A stretch of 64,000 nt of DNA from Raillietiella orientalis (taxonomy: Eukaryota): assembly GCA_036172245.1 (NCBI GenBank), contig JAYWIR010000007.1:3038001-3102000 (forward strand), in the 5' to 3' direction. The translations under genes were made by a program, and so were the position numbers. Positions 37,005 to 52,800 of the stretch are shown here, one piece after another. The notes under the pieces were generated by a model. It searched no databases. It saw only the letters and a program-made list of their open reading frames with translations, and was not told the origin of the DNA. Numbering within the stretch: the first letter of the stretch is position 1; every line of letters begins with the position of its first letter.

Positions 37005-38290
37005 TGATTTCAGTGTGATTACGTCTCATGCCGTTTTTTTTTTTTTTTTCTTTTTTCTTTCTTGACCAGCAACCCGTTTGCTGGCAATGCCAAAGCGGTG
37101 TAGTAAAACTTACCACAAGAAAGCCTTCAAGAGAGCTAATTTGAATTCCAAATGTGAAATCGCGTACTTTTTTTCCTGTGAGTTAGCAGCTTGTACAAAC
37201 AGATCCTTTGTACATCTACTATTTCGGATTTGGGAAGCTCTTCAGTGAATTGTCTGGCCATTCGGGAATTTTCTTTTTTACCGTCGCCGCTATGTCTTCC
37301 CATCTGAAATGGAATTCGGGAGATCCTGCTCGTAACCTTTCCTCCTTTCGAATCGTTTTTCATATACACTTCTGAAGTCACGAAGGAATGTGGAAAATGT
37401 CCGAGTGTAGACACGAGAGATCCGAATCTGAATTATTATTTTTTTTTTTTTCCGGCCTCCATTCGCAAATTCGGTTCATATTTTATAAACATTCTTAGAG
37501 CAGCGGAAACTGTGCACATAAAAGACGCGTTGGGCACGAACCGCATGCCATCAACTCTGCCTTATGGTTCCCTTTTTTTTCATTACAAAATGAAAAATGC
37601 TTTAAATGTGATGTTCATTAGCTCTTTTTTTTTTTTTTTTTTTTTTTTCGCGAAAAACCAAAACCAAAAACAAAATGGTGTCATGCCAGCAAGAAGGCTG
37701 CTTTTGTGATGCTCTGATGAAGAAACAGGGCATTCGTAATCGCAACGGCAGCCAGAACGCTGACCATCATCGTCCCATCAAAGCCAAAAAAAAAAAAGGG
37801 AAATAAAAGCTCTTCCAGAACCTTCAAGATCCCATTCAGGGAAACACCAACATAAGAGTTCAGATTGTTTTTCTTCCGATAGTAACGAAGAAAAGGGCAA
37901 CTGCATTATGAAATGAAAAATTCGTAAAAAAAAACCCCCCCCCCCCCCAAAAAAAAAAAAAAAATTATTCCATAGTCCAGCAAGAGATACGGAGCCGTTT
38001 CTGCGGTCAGTAGAATGGTGCTTCCATGTACCGCCCCGTAGTGACGCTACTATTAACCACATGAGGTCATTCGTTTCCTCTGAAAAAGGTGTTTGCCTTC
38101 TTTGCATACCATTAGCCGGAAATATTAAAGCGATGAACGGCAATTTATCGTAGGTCTTAGGGTAGCAACCATCGCTCTTCGGGAAGGGTACAAGTGTTTG
38201 TGTTCCGTCCTGCGCTGGCACGGGGGACAAATTTCCTTCTCATGGAAGGATGCGATTCCTTCCCCCCTCCCCCCCCCCTCCCCTCTCTGG
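36975..38290. repeat. Low-complexity zone with many long T, A and C homopolymer runs
   Basis: For example T runs at ~36990-37005, ~37034-37049 and ~37625-37648, and A/C runs at ~37926-37963. Confidence 0.8.
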
Positions 38291-41200
38291 AACAGCTTTT
38301 GCAAACTTCAGAAACAGAAAGCGAGGAAGAAGTGGGAATTTGACCCACTCCGGGTCGTGGCGTGTTATTAACGTTTCTTGCTTCCGATGGAGACCCATAT
38401 CTATACATAAGATCGACTAATTAATTCGTGGAACAAATAACGCTCAGTGCACGTGCGATCCGTCTTCAATTTTAGATTGATGGCTGGAATTTTTAAAAGG
38501 ATGTGAATCGCTCTGAATATAGTAATCTCAAACGGAAGGTGTTTCGGGCTTCGTTAGACCGCTGATGCACCGACTTCGGTTTCTAAGAGTTTGCTTTTGC
38601 AAGCATTAGTCACTTATAAATGTTCTTCTGTGAATAAGAGGATATATTCACAGCTGCAGGCGTCGCAACTACAGGACAGGTCTTCATTTTGCTGATTTAT
38701 AATTCCCAAGTTGCAGTTTGCTGCGTGATTTTTAGGCATCGCCGACCTGATAGGGTGTTGCAGTTGCGGTGTTGCATTTTCAGAATGAAAGTCATCAGCA
38801 CACGCCCTTCTAAATAATGCTTAGTGGCACTGCTCGATGAAGCACGTACCATTCATATAAAGAAACGTTCCTCGAGGTCACGAGACATTCCTTCGAAACC
38901 GAACTCTTCGAGTCTTATGTCAAATGTGGCAGTTTTCGTATACTTTCGGGATCCAGATGTCCGTGTGTGCCAATTGCCTGGTTTATGTTTCATGTAAGCA
39001 TGCTGCTGGATCTCACAATACTCGTCCAATCTCCAACAACCCTTAGTAACAAAAATTGCGAGATAAACCGTGAACAGAGTGAGGAATCATTACATTATGA
39101 AGCTGTTTAAACCTCCATATCGAAATTGTAGAAGAAGCACATTTTTGCTTCCCCTAAATAGGTACGTATTATGCATTCGAGATGTTCACCGTATAGAGGT
39201 GTTGTATTTCCGTGAGGTCCATACTTTATCTCTGCTTGCTGTCTCCTTTGGAACTCCAAATAGCTTTAGATGCATTTAGACTTCCTTGGATTTCCGGCAC
39301 GCATTAAGAGAGAAGGCAAAAGTAGTTTTCAATTATCTTGGTAAAGCATCACAAAAAAGTGCAGTTAAACAGATATTATGGGATGCAGTGCATGTGAGGC
39401 AGTGAACTGTTGATATCCATAAACCGTGTACATACAAATGAATCAATACAATGGTTATTTCCTCTGCATGGAAGAACGCATGTGAATCAAATAAATAAAA
39501 TAATGCATCATAACGTATGCCTGCTTTTGTGTGAACGAGCAGCAAGAGTTTAGCGGGACGGATCATCAATCAAAAGTATTTTAGGATTTAAGATTTGAGG
39601 CTTTCTTTGCATCAGGAAGAAGCAACACGAGCTTTAAATTGCTTTGAAAAGGGAAATTAATTGCAAACTTTGAATTTGGAGTGATGAGTAGAAAATGCCG
39701 AGCTAATTGAGGCTTTGTTCCTCTGTGAATGTTCATCCGCCCAGAGCTCGATAAAATTTCTGAGGCTTCTCTCTGATTTGACGCAGGAAAGCTGCGCTGT
39801 TGCTTCAAGCTGATGAAAGATGTGATTTCCAAACACTATCTCGCTTCAATCGTCGGCATCCTCATGGACTCATATTTGCTTGCAAGTAATTAGCTCGTTT
39901 CTTTAGCAAATAAGTGGTCATTAAAATAAGTAAGAGCTAAGGACTAGCAGCTACACGACTTTAATGCTCCTCTGAAATAAACCATAAACTATTAAGAGTT
40001 GTGGGAAATGATGTTTGAATTGGAAAGTGTAAGGGATTGAAATATATGAGAAACGGATTCTTCTCATTAGAAGAGCATTGTGAAATGAATAAAATGAGAG
40101 CAAAGTAAACGATGATGAAGAGCTTTAGCATGGCAAAGCAACTTGCAGCAAGATATGGAAACTGGGCCGACTTGACTTTCGTAAAGGCGCATGAAATATT
40201 CAAGATAAATCGTTCCCCATGAAGATTCAAGATAAATGCTGAGAACGAAAGCATTCGATCCGTAGCAAAAAGATAAATCGTGCAATCGAATTATAAAGAG
40301 TACGTTAAAGAGCCAATTAGGTTGATTCGCGAATTCGCTACCTCAAATGTGTGGGCAGAGGATGAAGCAATGGAGCCTTCTTTTGCTGCAAAAATTCCGT
40401 TGAACAGCACACAGCAAAGTGAATAAAACGCCTCCAGAAATCGAAAGCTCCTCGAGAGGATGGCGAAAATGGGGCCATGGTGGGGAAGTTTCCACTGATT
40501 TTCGGCATGCCACGGTTCCTAAAATTTCGCCTTCTCTCGAGAATGCTTCGCAGCTTTTCTTTCATGAAATGCATCTTCCAGTGAATTCTGGAGACTAATG
40601 AGAGCGATACCCATTTCAAAACGGACTTGGGAAGGAGTGCTCCACCCAAGAAAAGATGGCAAGACCTAGATTCAACAAGTTCCAGAGTCTGATGATGCTT
40701 GGTAAGCATGCATCCGTAACTGGGAAGCAGAAATGCTTTGAAAAAGGAAAAATCTATATTACATATAAGATATATTGATTTACCTGTACTCACTATATAG
40801 TACACGAGAGTGACGTCTCCAAATAAAAATTCAAAAGTATTAGAATGATTCGAGGAAAATTTGATTTGGGACGTTCAGTTATGGTGAATGTTGTGAATTC
40901 TTTTATGTTTTCGCTGTTTTTGACATTTTTAAAATGATTGTCTTGTCTTTAATTCCACGAGGAAATTAATACTCGATTTGTGTGCACATCAAAACACACT
41001 GTGAAGTACAACACATCGTGGACAAGGATCAGTTATGATAACTTTCTGATGAAAAATTTCTGATGTGAGCGAGGATGACGTTGGCATCTTCAGGTTTTGG
41101 ATAGAAGAACTAAGAGCACTAACTGTGCCATGTTATCCAAGTGTTAATATCATGACACTGAGAGTTTCCTCCCGATGAAGTTAAAAGGATCCAAAGCGGG

Positions 41201-44200
41201 CCTAATATAAAGCGAGCTCGGGAATTTCAAATCATTTCGAATCATTCATTATGTGCATCACAATCCATTCTAACATGAAGAAAACTAGATCAAAAGTCGT
41301 CTTGGTTATTCTCCTTTACTAATGTGGATACTGTACCTTATTTCCGTTTCTTTTTCGTTGGCATGAAAATAAGTGCCTCGCTTTCAAATCTGGAATCTAC
41401 CATAAGCCAAGGATGGTGTCTAGGATAATTTAATTTTGTTATTGGGATTCTGTAACTGACCGCATAACATCGGACCACAGTGTATGAATATGATACCCAA
41501 GGACTATGTTTTCAGCGTTTTCAGCCACTTTGAATTGTGTTAATGCGCGTTCCAGAATGATCGAATTTATTGCTGATGCCCAGAAATTTGATTGCAAATG
41601 AAACGTTATATCAGCGATTGAGAAACTGTTTACTGTTTTTTTTGTTATTTCACGGATGCATTTCAAACTGGTACAATTCCAGCTACGAAAAGTGTAACGC
41701 TGCTGTGTAGAAAAATAGAAAGTCCCTTGCAGCTCCCCAAACCAATGCTTTATTTTTCAATTCTTTCATGAGAACGTATTGTGGAAAGAATTATTGGCGT
41801 GATGTGATATGCTGCATGTGATATTCCGTAGATAAACGAATTATGGGAAAGAAAAGGAATCGCAACTCCAAATGGGGATTCAAAAGAAAAGTCAATCGGC
41901 TGCAGAATAGAGAAAATTAAAGAGATGCATGCAGTACAAAACTTGAAAAACACTGAGATTAAGCAGTGATCAATATGAAATAAATGAATGCAAACCTACG
42001 ATTTTGCAATTAGAATTTCGCGATACTGGGATTGATAGTATGGTTGGGACGAGAATGGAGTTTCTCTTATCCTTGATTTAAATTACGTGAAAGATGTGAT
42101 TACCTAAAGTTACCTAAAACAAAACAGAACCCGAAATCACAGGAAATCTATTTCCAGGCATGTACACATGAGAATGTTCAAAGATAGGATTCTAGGATCT
42201 CCTCTGACAGTCTGTCTTGGAAAAAGTTCTAAGAAATCCACAGAAACCATGACTGACATTCCCTATCTCTGAACTACGTGAATTGCATCAATAAAATTCT
42301 TTTCACAGAACGTCATAGCTTTGAATTAGTCACATGCAGAATGGATTTCTATTAAATTTTGGCTGCTTGAGTTTAAAAAATGTTTCGTGTTCCTGAATTA
42401 ATATGTTAAAATTTGTCTCAATCTGCCCAATCATTTTGATGACCCCTTCTTTTTTTCCTATGTTTGATTATAGACAATTTTATCTTTCGCTGTGTTAGGC
42501 ACAAATTCCATCTCCTGAATTTAAAAGATCTCGAAACTTTCTTAAGATGCCCATTGGATTCACTTTGCCGTGGTAGATAGATGGTTATTCCAGTGAAAAG
42601 AACAAATCTCTACTGCATCTTCCTGCTTTTTTGATTTGAAAAGAAAATCGGAAAACATTGATTATAGGATATTTAGCTCAGAATTTTGCTAACTTCGAAG
42701 AAGAAACAAATATGAACTTTTTTTTAAATGATCAGGAAAAGCTTATCAAATCACGTATCAGTTTCCATTGATTCATTTGATTTACGGTATATTTTTGGAG
42801 TTCTCTGAAGAATGGAGATCAGGACGAATTGAAAGCTAATTGATGTTTCTCTCTTCTTTTACTTGAGTGCATGGTTTTGATTTTTTGACAATGTACATTG
42901 TATATCACATTTAGACTTTGCTGAACAGATGAACTAATGGAATTTCATCCAAAAATTTCAAGTTTTTTGGATAGCTTTCAAGCATCTGATCAATCTATAA
43001 GGTGATCGTTCAGCATGTAAGCCGCATGGATAAATTCGTTAATACAAGAAAACGTATTGCAAAAAATACCCGGTACTTCCGTAGCATTTTCGAGATAAGC
43101 AAAGTAATGAATTTCTCAAAAACAAGATGGATTCATGCTCCACAATAAAATATGCAAAATAGAAATATGCAAATACCCCTAATGGCAGCATTTGAAACTG
43201 TAGCTCCATTACGTGCTGAATCGACAGCTGTAATCATGTTGATATGCAGAAACATTTGGCAAATGTATACAGCCATCCAGTTGACTCAGAAATGCACATC
43301 GGGTCCCCCATCCAAAAGCAAACATTCTGTACATCAACAGGTCGTTCCAGCTGCAAAGATTGCAACTCATTTCGACAAATATTCAGTTCGCGGAAGCAAA
43401 AAACTGGAACCGAAGGTTCACTTCTACCGATCCTTAAACTGTTCACTAAATCAGAAAGAAGATTCTATTACCAAGGCACAGGCAGACCAGGATTACCATG
43501 AAAACTATGCAGCATTTTCAGTCTTAGACACCACATCTGAGTCCTATTTCTTCCATACCTTCTACGCCTTCTTAAGTAGGCTGAAGAACCTCGGAAGGCT
43601 GGGGTAGTTCGACATGAAACATAATTTGCTCTGCAGAGTAGAAACCGCAAAATTATTCAATTTGATTTTATTTCAAGAAAGTTATCATGAAGAATGTCAT
43701 GTTCCAGCAAATGCCATTTTTTAGCGGATTCGAGCATACTCGATTAGCCGTCGCACAACTGGCCGTATTCGAAAGTCCTAATCAGTATCATTTATTTTAC
43801 AAATACTTGCACGAGCTTCTTTAACTTCATACAGATTATGCTTAATTTTAATGAACCACAATGCTCACTGTATTATGGGGGAAGCAGAGATTTCCTCTCG
43901 CTTTACGATCTGCAGAATTGTGTTTCTGTCTTGCATTCATTGAGGCTTCGCTTCAGTAAGAAGAATCATTCCTAGATGCAAATAAAAGCCGGGGAATTGA
44001 TTTTAAACTTGAATGAACTCCAATGTGATTGAGATTAAGGCTATTTGAGTTTGCAGCATTACTACTGAATGCATTGGTTTTAATTTCTGCCTTAGAGCTA
44101 CAGTGAAGCAAAGAAGTTTCAAACTTTTAAGAATAAATAGTGGAAGGTTATTAATAATATTACATCAGGATTTTATCCTATGTAATATTATTAAGATGAA

Positions 44201-47200
44201 ATTCAGTTTCGAATAGATTACCTTGAAATTTTCTCATTCTTGATGCAGGATCTGTTCTGATGATCATCTCTTGACTTTACACAACGTTTCCCCCTCAGGC
44301 ACGTAAATAGATCCTTCTACAAACCATAACTAGTGCTTGAAAACAAACCCTAGTTTGTAGTTTTCACTAATAGATGACTGTTGTTTCTTGCAAGCTCTTT
44401 CCTCAGATGTGCTTCGAAGATTTCAGTCCCGGTATAAATTGTGAACACGAATAAAGAATACTTCAAATAATAATGCAGGATGATTTCATCCCTGAAAGTT
44501 TACTTGTATTCGAATGAGGAGGAATTCTTGGTTTCATAGGAGATCAATAGAAATGAATTTTCATCGCAAAAATTTGATTCCAATAAGAAATATCTTTTTG
44601 GAGCTAGCAGTCAGCATTGTACCGAAATGACTCATAAATTACATGTCACTGACAATCCGAGAGGGTCATACGTTACTAATTTCACGCTTTTTCTAGCATC
44701 TTATGTAAGATCATATAAATTTGACCCAATATGTCGTTGAAGTCTGGTTAACAGTTTTGATACATAAGAGTAGTTATTATTGTTTATTATTACTGCCAAC
44801 TCTAAGCTGCTGTATGTAATTAGACATCTATTTGAAAACTCTCTTGAAACTCCTTCCATATGCTTAGATTCGTAATTATAGCTTATAGTGGACTGCTGGA
44901 GATTGTTTTTTAAAGGGCTCCACGTTCGGAAACGTTGGGAAGACATCTGACTACTGAATGTATCAGCTTTTTGTCTGTAATGGAAATTTGGTTCACCGTA
45001 TTGGAAAAGAAATTATTGTTTCCAGCTAACTATTGAATTATAGAGGATTAGAATAAGATTCTAATTTTCCTCGAACTTCAGAGGAATGTACGCCCTTTAC
45101 AATGCGTAGATTTTAACCTCTGTAATTCAATTTATAAGCTCAGGTTTTTTGGAGACTTCCTTCAACCAAACACGCATAAAATTTCTTTATTCTTGATTAC
45201 ATGGCTTACACAAGTTTTATTTGCATACTAATCATTTACCTTTAGTTGAGTTGCTTTTGTGAGAGCTCTAGTCAAAGGTTCCTTTGAAAATTAACTGAAT
45301 GCGTTTTCTAACATATGTAAATGAAATCTTGGGAAACCTTAGCGTGCTCATTATATTCTTTTCAATTTTATTTTGAAACTAATCAAGATAGGAATCGTTT
45401 ACAGCTTCTTTCTCTTAAATTTATTCCATATTCAATTTTCCTGTCTCAGCTATATGTAAAGACTAAGGGCTGCTAGGAAGTTGTGGTTTATGTCATGAAA
45501 TGTCGAACCAATAAAAGAGTGTGAGGAGTCCCCACTGCTTGTAAGCATTCGGAGATTTAACTCGCTTCAAAAACGGATGACATTAGATTAAAGTGTGCTC
45601 TCAAAGGTGTGCTTTAATCAAAGATATAATGATGTATACAATTTCATGATCCTTATGTTGTACTTCTTGGAATTGTGTGTATTTGAGAAATGATACATGA
45701 TTTCAAAATGTCACACATTCCCTGTCATTCCTTCTTCATGATGACCAGTTGGTAAAGCGGAGGCCTCTAATTTCTGTCGAAGTTTAAGTGCTACCTTCGT
45801 TAACAGTCAGTGAATGAGTTCAGACTATTCACTTACTCAACCACAAATTCGACCGCAAAACGATACACTCCAGTAATCACAAAGATCCACTGACGACGCC
45901 TGATCCACAGGATGCCGGTGGATCTTCTTTCTACGAACAGATTCAAACTAAACACTCTTCACAAATCAATCTCATTCAGCAACCCTTGCATCCGGCAGCA
46001 TAGTCATTCCTCAGAACTCTTACTGCTCACTCGTTTTCAGGGTTCCCAACTGTAACTGCTCTTTGTAACTGATTACGCAATCCTTGGCAATGGAAGCCCA
46101 TCTTCCATGTTTACGCACCACAACACGATGCACATTCGTGCTCTGCCTATAGGAGTCTCCCATCTCTCGGCTCTTGCTGGCAAATACGATTGTCTTGATG
46201 GCATGTGCACGCTTCAAATGATTCAGCGTACGAGTGTTCGCAACGTACAACTACTGTAAACAAATGCGAGTTTTGCAACCCTGCAGAGAGCATAAGAGTT
46301 GGTGCGCGTCAGATGTCATTAGATCGGTTCGACATATTTGCATCTGTTAAAGAAAAGATCGTCCAGAAGGGTAGTTTTGGCAAACGTTCCAGTGGATTTA
46401 TAATGGCCCTTTTTTACTGTGACCAATTCGGAAAACTCTAAGAAGCAAAAGGAAACGCACCCAGTGATAGGATGATTTGAACCATCCTTCGTAATTTTTC
46501 ACATTCCTTCTATCTCATTCCTGAGAACGTCCTCGAAAGAGGACGAAATTGGAGAAGAGGAATTTTCTCGGGAACGATGGAAGTCGCCGGGAAATCATTT
46601 CTTGGATTCCGACGGGCACTCAAGTGTGAAAAATTATGTCGCCGCCAGTCTCAAAGAACACCAGCTCTCATTACATCATGACCATATTACTTAACCTACG
46701 GATGATGGGATGGAAAGTAGCTAGTCATTGTCCAATTAGCTACCTCCGTTCTTGATCCGTGGGGGTTAAAAGAGGCAGAAAGATTTGCAGAGTGATGCAG
46801 GAAATTTTAAGATAAAGGAAACAGAAATGCAATTAGAAAAGATAAATGTATCATTTTTTCTATCTGAAATCAGGGTTTTTTGAGGGATGTTCTTTTTTTA
46901 TTTATTGAAGTCACATATCTCCTGGAGCAACTACTTTGAGGCAATGAGTTATCGAGTATCAGATCTATGGGTAGGAGGTTGGAATTAGCCCAGCGACCAG
47001 GATGTACGGCATTGACTTCTGAATATTTTTCTTGCTGTCATTAGACTCGCCGTTCTATCTTTTACATATGTGAATCACCTAGTATAGCAATACGCGAAGA
47101 CTTGGAATACCCTTTCTTTCATCAAGCAATCGTTCTTCCATCCTACGGTCAAGTGTGTTTATTTGATAGCAAATGAATGCCATTAATCCCAGTTTCTTGA

Positions 47201-49037
47201 CTTACTCGCACAGGATCAGTAACTGTTAATTCCAGTTTCTTGACATACTTGAATAGAATCGATCGTATACAAAGAATTTGTTTTTGAAATAACTCTTCAA
47301 AAAACATGCTACAGCGTTTGGAGCATTCCGTAAAGGCAAACTGTGCGTCACATCTCCAAGGAAGGTTTCTTTCTTTTGAAAGCAAGTGGGAGGCAAGATG
47401 AATGGAGTCCAGAATGTTTCCAAAATAGGATAAAACGCTTTACACACAACGATACGCAATCGTTTGTGAAATCTATCTTTTTGCTGGATTTTTTTGGAAA
47501 TGTGCATATGTATACGAAGTTTAACGTGCTTGATGCTTGCTTGGGGCCGAGGTCAATTTAGATCGAATAGTTAATAGGTTTTGAAGATGCACTTATCATC
47601 ATTCCAGTTTCTTGGAACCTGAAGCATTTGAAAATCATTAATTACAATGCCGAAATTTGCTCAGGCGGAAGAGGTCAGTTGTGCTCACTTTTCTCAAGTG
47701 CATCTCTTGATCCTTACTCACTGCATCCACCCCAATATATTGAGAACTTGCTGTCTTTCTCTTTTCCGTACAAATGATCGAAAACTGCTGGCTTAATATT
47801 TTGTTTGAAGACACCAGAAGTGAACGACTGAAAACATTGCTAGTGGCATTCTATTCTTTGTTGTTGAGGGTCCATGTTTTACGATGCGGACTAGAACTCT
47901 AAGAAGCAGCTAGTAGTAAGATTCATTTCAGACACTTTATTTGACTCAAAAGGTTTAACAGAAATTTGGAGCACAGTTTACCAACCTTGAAAAATTGAGG
48001 TGTTCGTTTACTACGTCCATTTTGCATCAGTGTGGTGAAATTATGAGTTTCACGGGAGTATTTGCTCATCTAGTTATTATTAATCATCTGGGTGAGTGAT
48101 CCTCTGCATTGAAGGACTTATCGAAACAAAACGAAGAGCAAAATTATGCTCCTCTGTTCCGATTCGAAATGATTCTCTCATATTTTATTAGTTTTATTTT
48201 CATTAGAAGCTTTCTACTTCCTCAAACTCAACGAATTTCACGAATGAATGAATTTTGTTCTTGCAGGGTCTTTTGGTTTTCAAATCCTGACAGCACAAAG
48301 CAGCCATACTGTTTTCTTAGAAGTGGGAAATTGCATATTGCATCTCCCACTTGCATGCGTTTTCTTATTTTGCATTTGCTGGTATCGCTGAATTCATCTA
48401 GAAGTTTAAGCACTTGATAAGAACTCTCCTAGAAGTTCACACTCCTAGATTGACATCTGTTTACTGGTTCTAGAGAATGGAGTCCGATTTTTAACTGAAT
48501 TGTCTCCAATGTTCCAAGACCTCTAGTTGATCTCTGTTCAGATGATGCCTTTTGCTTGATCAGTCAGTTAAATGATCTCCAATATAAACCAGTTTTACTG
48601 CACAGAAAAATTCTACTCTGAGTAGAATGCCAATGTATTTCTGCATTTATGTGCGTCCTCTTTGTGACCTCTTTTTTTGGGTTAGTGTACCTTCATTCTC
48701 GGTTTATCGGAAGACAGTTGATTAAAATTGCCTTTAATTTGGAACAAAATTTCGAATGAGAACTTGATGACGTTCTTACTGAGTTACTAAAAATGTTGAA
48801 CCTTAATTATGCTCAAATAATGAAAATGTGTTTTTTGTTTATATTGCCGTAATTCCATTCACTGTATCGAAAGCAATAGTAAGATTTTTTTTTTTTGGCT
48901 TTTTGTCGTTGCATAATTGAAACTCCTAATGCAAATCCATCGGGTTGATCGGTCTTAAAACGAAAACTTATGCATTATTATTGTTTCATTAGAAAAAGAT
49001 TATTGCAAACGATACAAATCATGTGTCTTACTTTCAG

Positions 49038-49820
49038 ATAGATAAAAACATTTCCACATTCATCTCAGAAGAACCCAATGTCACGAAAATATCGTATGAA
49101 GATCCCCATTATTTCAATTACCGTTACAAAGTAATAGGGACTTTGTTTCACTGTTCTATCTTTGCTGTGGGTGTTCTCGGAAATATAATGGTCGGATTGG
49201 TAGTGATGAAAACTAGAAGTATGCATACACCAACAAACTGCTACCTTGTAAGTCTTGCATTGGCAGACTGCATTGTCTTAATAGCCGCTGTTCCAAATGA
49301 AGTCCTCAGTTATCACTTGATTGGCAACCAGTGGATCTACGGACAGATAGGTTGTGCCGTTTTCACGTTCCTTCAGTACCTTGGGATAAATGCCTCATCT
49401 TTATGTCTCACCGCTTTCACAGTTGAAAGATACATCGCTATATGTCTCCCTTTTCGATGGCAAAGTGTCTGTACCGTTAAAAGAGCCAAGAATATTATCA
49501 CTTTTGTTTGGATATTCGCCATGTTTTACTGTTGCCCTTGGCTGGCTCTGGCCACTACGAAGCCCGTGTACTACAAAGAGTATGGACAAGTGAACCAATG
49601 CACTTTCAATCTCTCGAGAGACAAATATTTGGGATATTTCTTCTTTGATCTCGTGATATTTTATGTTATCCCTCTTCTGCTTTCCTGCGTGTTGTACGGA
49701 CTGATGATAAGAGTTCTTATCAGCAGGGTTCGAGGAGAAACTTGCCACATCGCACCGAAGAAGAATCGTAAATCCAAATCATTGAGAGAAATAGAGAATT
49801 TTCAAAATCCCAAAATCCAG
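49038..49820 (+). CDS. TRHR: TRH/EFLamide-type rhodopsin-family GPCR, exon encoding N-terminus (part), TM1-TM5 and ICL3
   Basis: GNIMV, TPTNCYLVSLALAD, QYLGINASS and TAFTVERYIAIC are hallmark TRH-receptor motifs. tttcag acceptor ends at 49037 and cag|gtaagt donor follows 49820. There is no ATG before TM1, so an upstream coding exon (not located) is needed. Confidence 0.92.
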
Positions 49821-52800
49821 GTAAGTTTTTGCTTTCTCAGCGCATGTGACTGAATCTCTAGAATCCAACCGAGGCAACCACATATGACTTATGTTTCGTT
49901 TATTTGAGAACTCCTCACGAAATGCTCCCTCGTGATTCCAGCGAAATGTTCAGCATCATGCGCCATTTAGTTTCCGTTTTTTTTTTGTTTTTTTTTTCTA
50001 GCAAAAATGGTAAATTAATGCGATCAGTAATTAAAATGCATTTCCTGGAACGTATGCTCAACGAGTCGTACTTGAATCATACAATAGAAAGGTACTCGGA
50101 GCCATCATCCGAATGGCAGGAGTCTCCCCTTCTTCACGAAGTTAAAATGAGACAGTGATTAAAATAGAAAAGATCTGAATAAATAGATCCAGGTTAACAA
50201 CTATCAATTCCACGTTTTGCATTATGAAATTTTTTTTCCCAATCTGCATATTCTCTCCGTGAATGCGCCTTGCCAATTCGAGTATTTGCACCTGCTAACC
50301 CACTCTTCTCTGGAATTGCCGCTTCTATTCAAGTGAAACCTGGACAATGATAATCAATCTATCATCTACGAATCTGTATGAGATGTGCATTTTGTTTTCC
50401 ATATAAGTATATGTAGACAGGATCCTTACAAACAGATTCATCCATTTTCATATCCTATTACAGGTACAATTTTACAAGGAATTGCATTCCTGTGATTCTA
50501 GGTAACACTTCCGAACAACTAAATAAAAAATAAATCGCAAACATCCGTGATACGTCTTCAGTGATAGATGTTTTCTCCATTCCTCACAATATATCCGTGA
50601 TGATCGCGCATCCAACGCGTCTTGAGTAACCACCATAACAGAGGAAAGTCTAACATTTCTCTTTCCTGTCTCTTTTCATTGAACTTTCACTGCCTTTTTT
50701 TTGGCCTAACCCAGATCACTTAGGCTGGAAATGAATTTTTAATGCTTTTAATCTTAGTCTGGGAGGCGCTGCTTCCGCATTGAATGCGTAAACTTGGCAA
50801 GAAAGCTCCTTTTGATCTTTGGCTTCAAACTTTGGTAGCGCAAGCAGCATGCCACTCTTAGAATGAGATATCACTGGATTGTTTCCTGACACATTAATCT
50901 CCGAACGCAAAAGAGATCCTAATTTCTGCTGCCCAGCTGTATAGTATATCTTCTTGGATGCGGCTATGAGGAGGGGCCTCAAGTGTATCACTCTGTTTTT
51001 TCTGATGTTTTGGAAGTTCTTTTGTGACATGGGATACAGTCCAGTCCGTTCATTCGGATGGCACCATTTTCCGTTAGAATTTTATTGCATTTTGTCATTT
51101 GATACTTTTGAATTGGCAGGGAACACAGCGCAAAGCTTCCTATTCATCAAGGGCAGAGTGTAGCAATTTGCTTCAAGAATTCATTTGAGAAAGCACTCGG
51201 AAAGTACTCGGAAAAAAGGCAGCATACATGGGTTGACACTCACTAGCACTTAGTCCCTGGACATATGCTGCACTTTGGTGAGCTCCAATAAGGAAAGATT
51301 TCGGATGTTTTTTATGATGAAAAGTGTTTGAGAATACACGAGTCCAGTCAGGAGGAAAATGAGTGAATACGAAATGCGAAACACCCCGCATGAGTAAAGA
51401 GAAACGTAAGTCTTCCTGTCATTTATTTCTTAAAATGCACTACAATCAGTTTCAAAACCTTCGCATTTTATAGGAAAGTGTATAACGTATAAAACTGGAC
51501 ATTTTCAGGAACATTGCAAATGAATTCATTCAAAGTCTTCATATTTACACATCACTTTTTGGTTTTGCTATTTCTTCTCACTTGCAAGGCAGGGATGGTT
51601 CGGAGTTTTCAACACTCGTTTTTCCTCTTTGAGTTGCTAGAGTATGGATCGGGTACCTTTACTGCCAGGAATATGCGATTCTTCTTATGTACCTCTGTTG
51701 AATTCCTAATTTGTTCTATACACTCACATCGGTTCTCATAATAACACCTCAACATAAAGGAAATAACATTGCTATTGAGGTCTCCTTCTAGCAGATAGCT
51801 GCAGCTATCGAGCGCCACAAAATGTCACATTTTCAATTAAATATTAAACTAGGAGACCCTTTCCACCAATCGATCTGTTTCTCAATTTTGCTTCTCGTCA
51901 ATGAAACTTCAATTAACACGAAACATTGAGAGAAGGAGGTTGCAAGTCTGAAGCAAGCAGATGCATTTAATCAATAACCTCACACCATGGTGGCTGGCTT
52001 CAGTGCTAAGATTTTTCATCATCCAGACTTTTCATTCAGATGACGAGAAACTGTTTTCAGTAGATCAGGAACAAGTGAACTCACGATTTGCTCTTCGACT
52101 AAGAGCAGACTGTGTGCAATACTGCGCAAATGAATCTACTGCTACGCATCCTCTTCCATTCAAAATTCTCATAAAATCCCAAATGCTTCCTTAAAACGAA
52201 GCCATTGGAAGCACTGAGAAAATGATGGATTCTTCTTCAGCCAAGGACATGTGGTCAAAATTATTCCTGAAAGGGAGTCTCACGGAACTTTTTCAGGGTG
52301 CCTTTGGTATCATGGAAATATCTTGAAAAATTTCTAAAGTGCCACTGGAATCTTTCAAGGGAAGTACTATCGGAATAATCGATTTCTAAGCAACTTCTTA
52401 AGGTCATCGAAGCTTTTGTGACCGTTGTGACACTCAGAATGCGTTCAAACATCTCGAAGGACCCTTTTTACATGAGTGCTTTCGAAAATCTATTGTATAA
52501 ATGCAAGCGCATGTCAAAAGTACATTAAAGGGGAACTAAGCCAGTAACGATATGTAAACACTCCAAAGCTGACTATGAAGAACTGAAGCTTCTCAAATCG
52601 TATGTTGAGCATCTATGAAAAGGACACAAAGCAGCAATGCATGTTGTTCCGGGAATCATCGTTTCCGAATCACGGAATCGAATCATCGTTTAATTTTGTC
52701 TCCTCTGAAGTAAAAAGCATGAGCTCATTCGAAGGCGTGTAATATTCTTACGAAGGCTTAAGCATCAAGATTAACCAGGACAGGTGTCAACAGATAGCGT

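Noticed and set aside
38300..49000. Short ORFs (e.g. 40338..40805, 43152..43607) as genes or as the first receptor exon
   Set aside because: No recognisable motifs or convincing splice context; consistent with random ORFs in AT-rich DNA.
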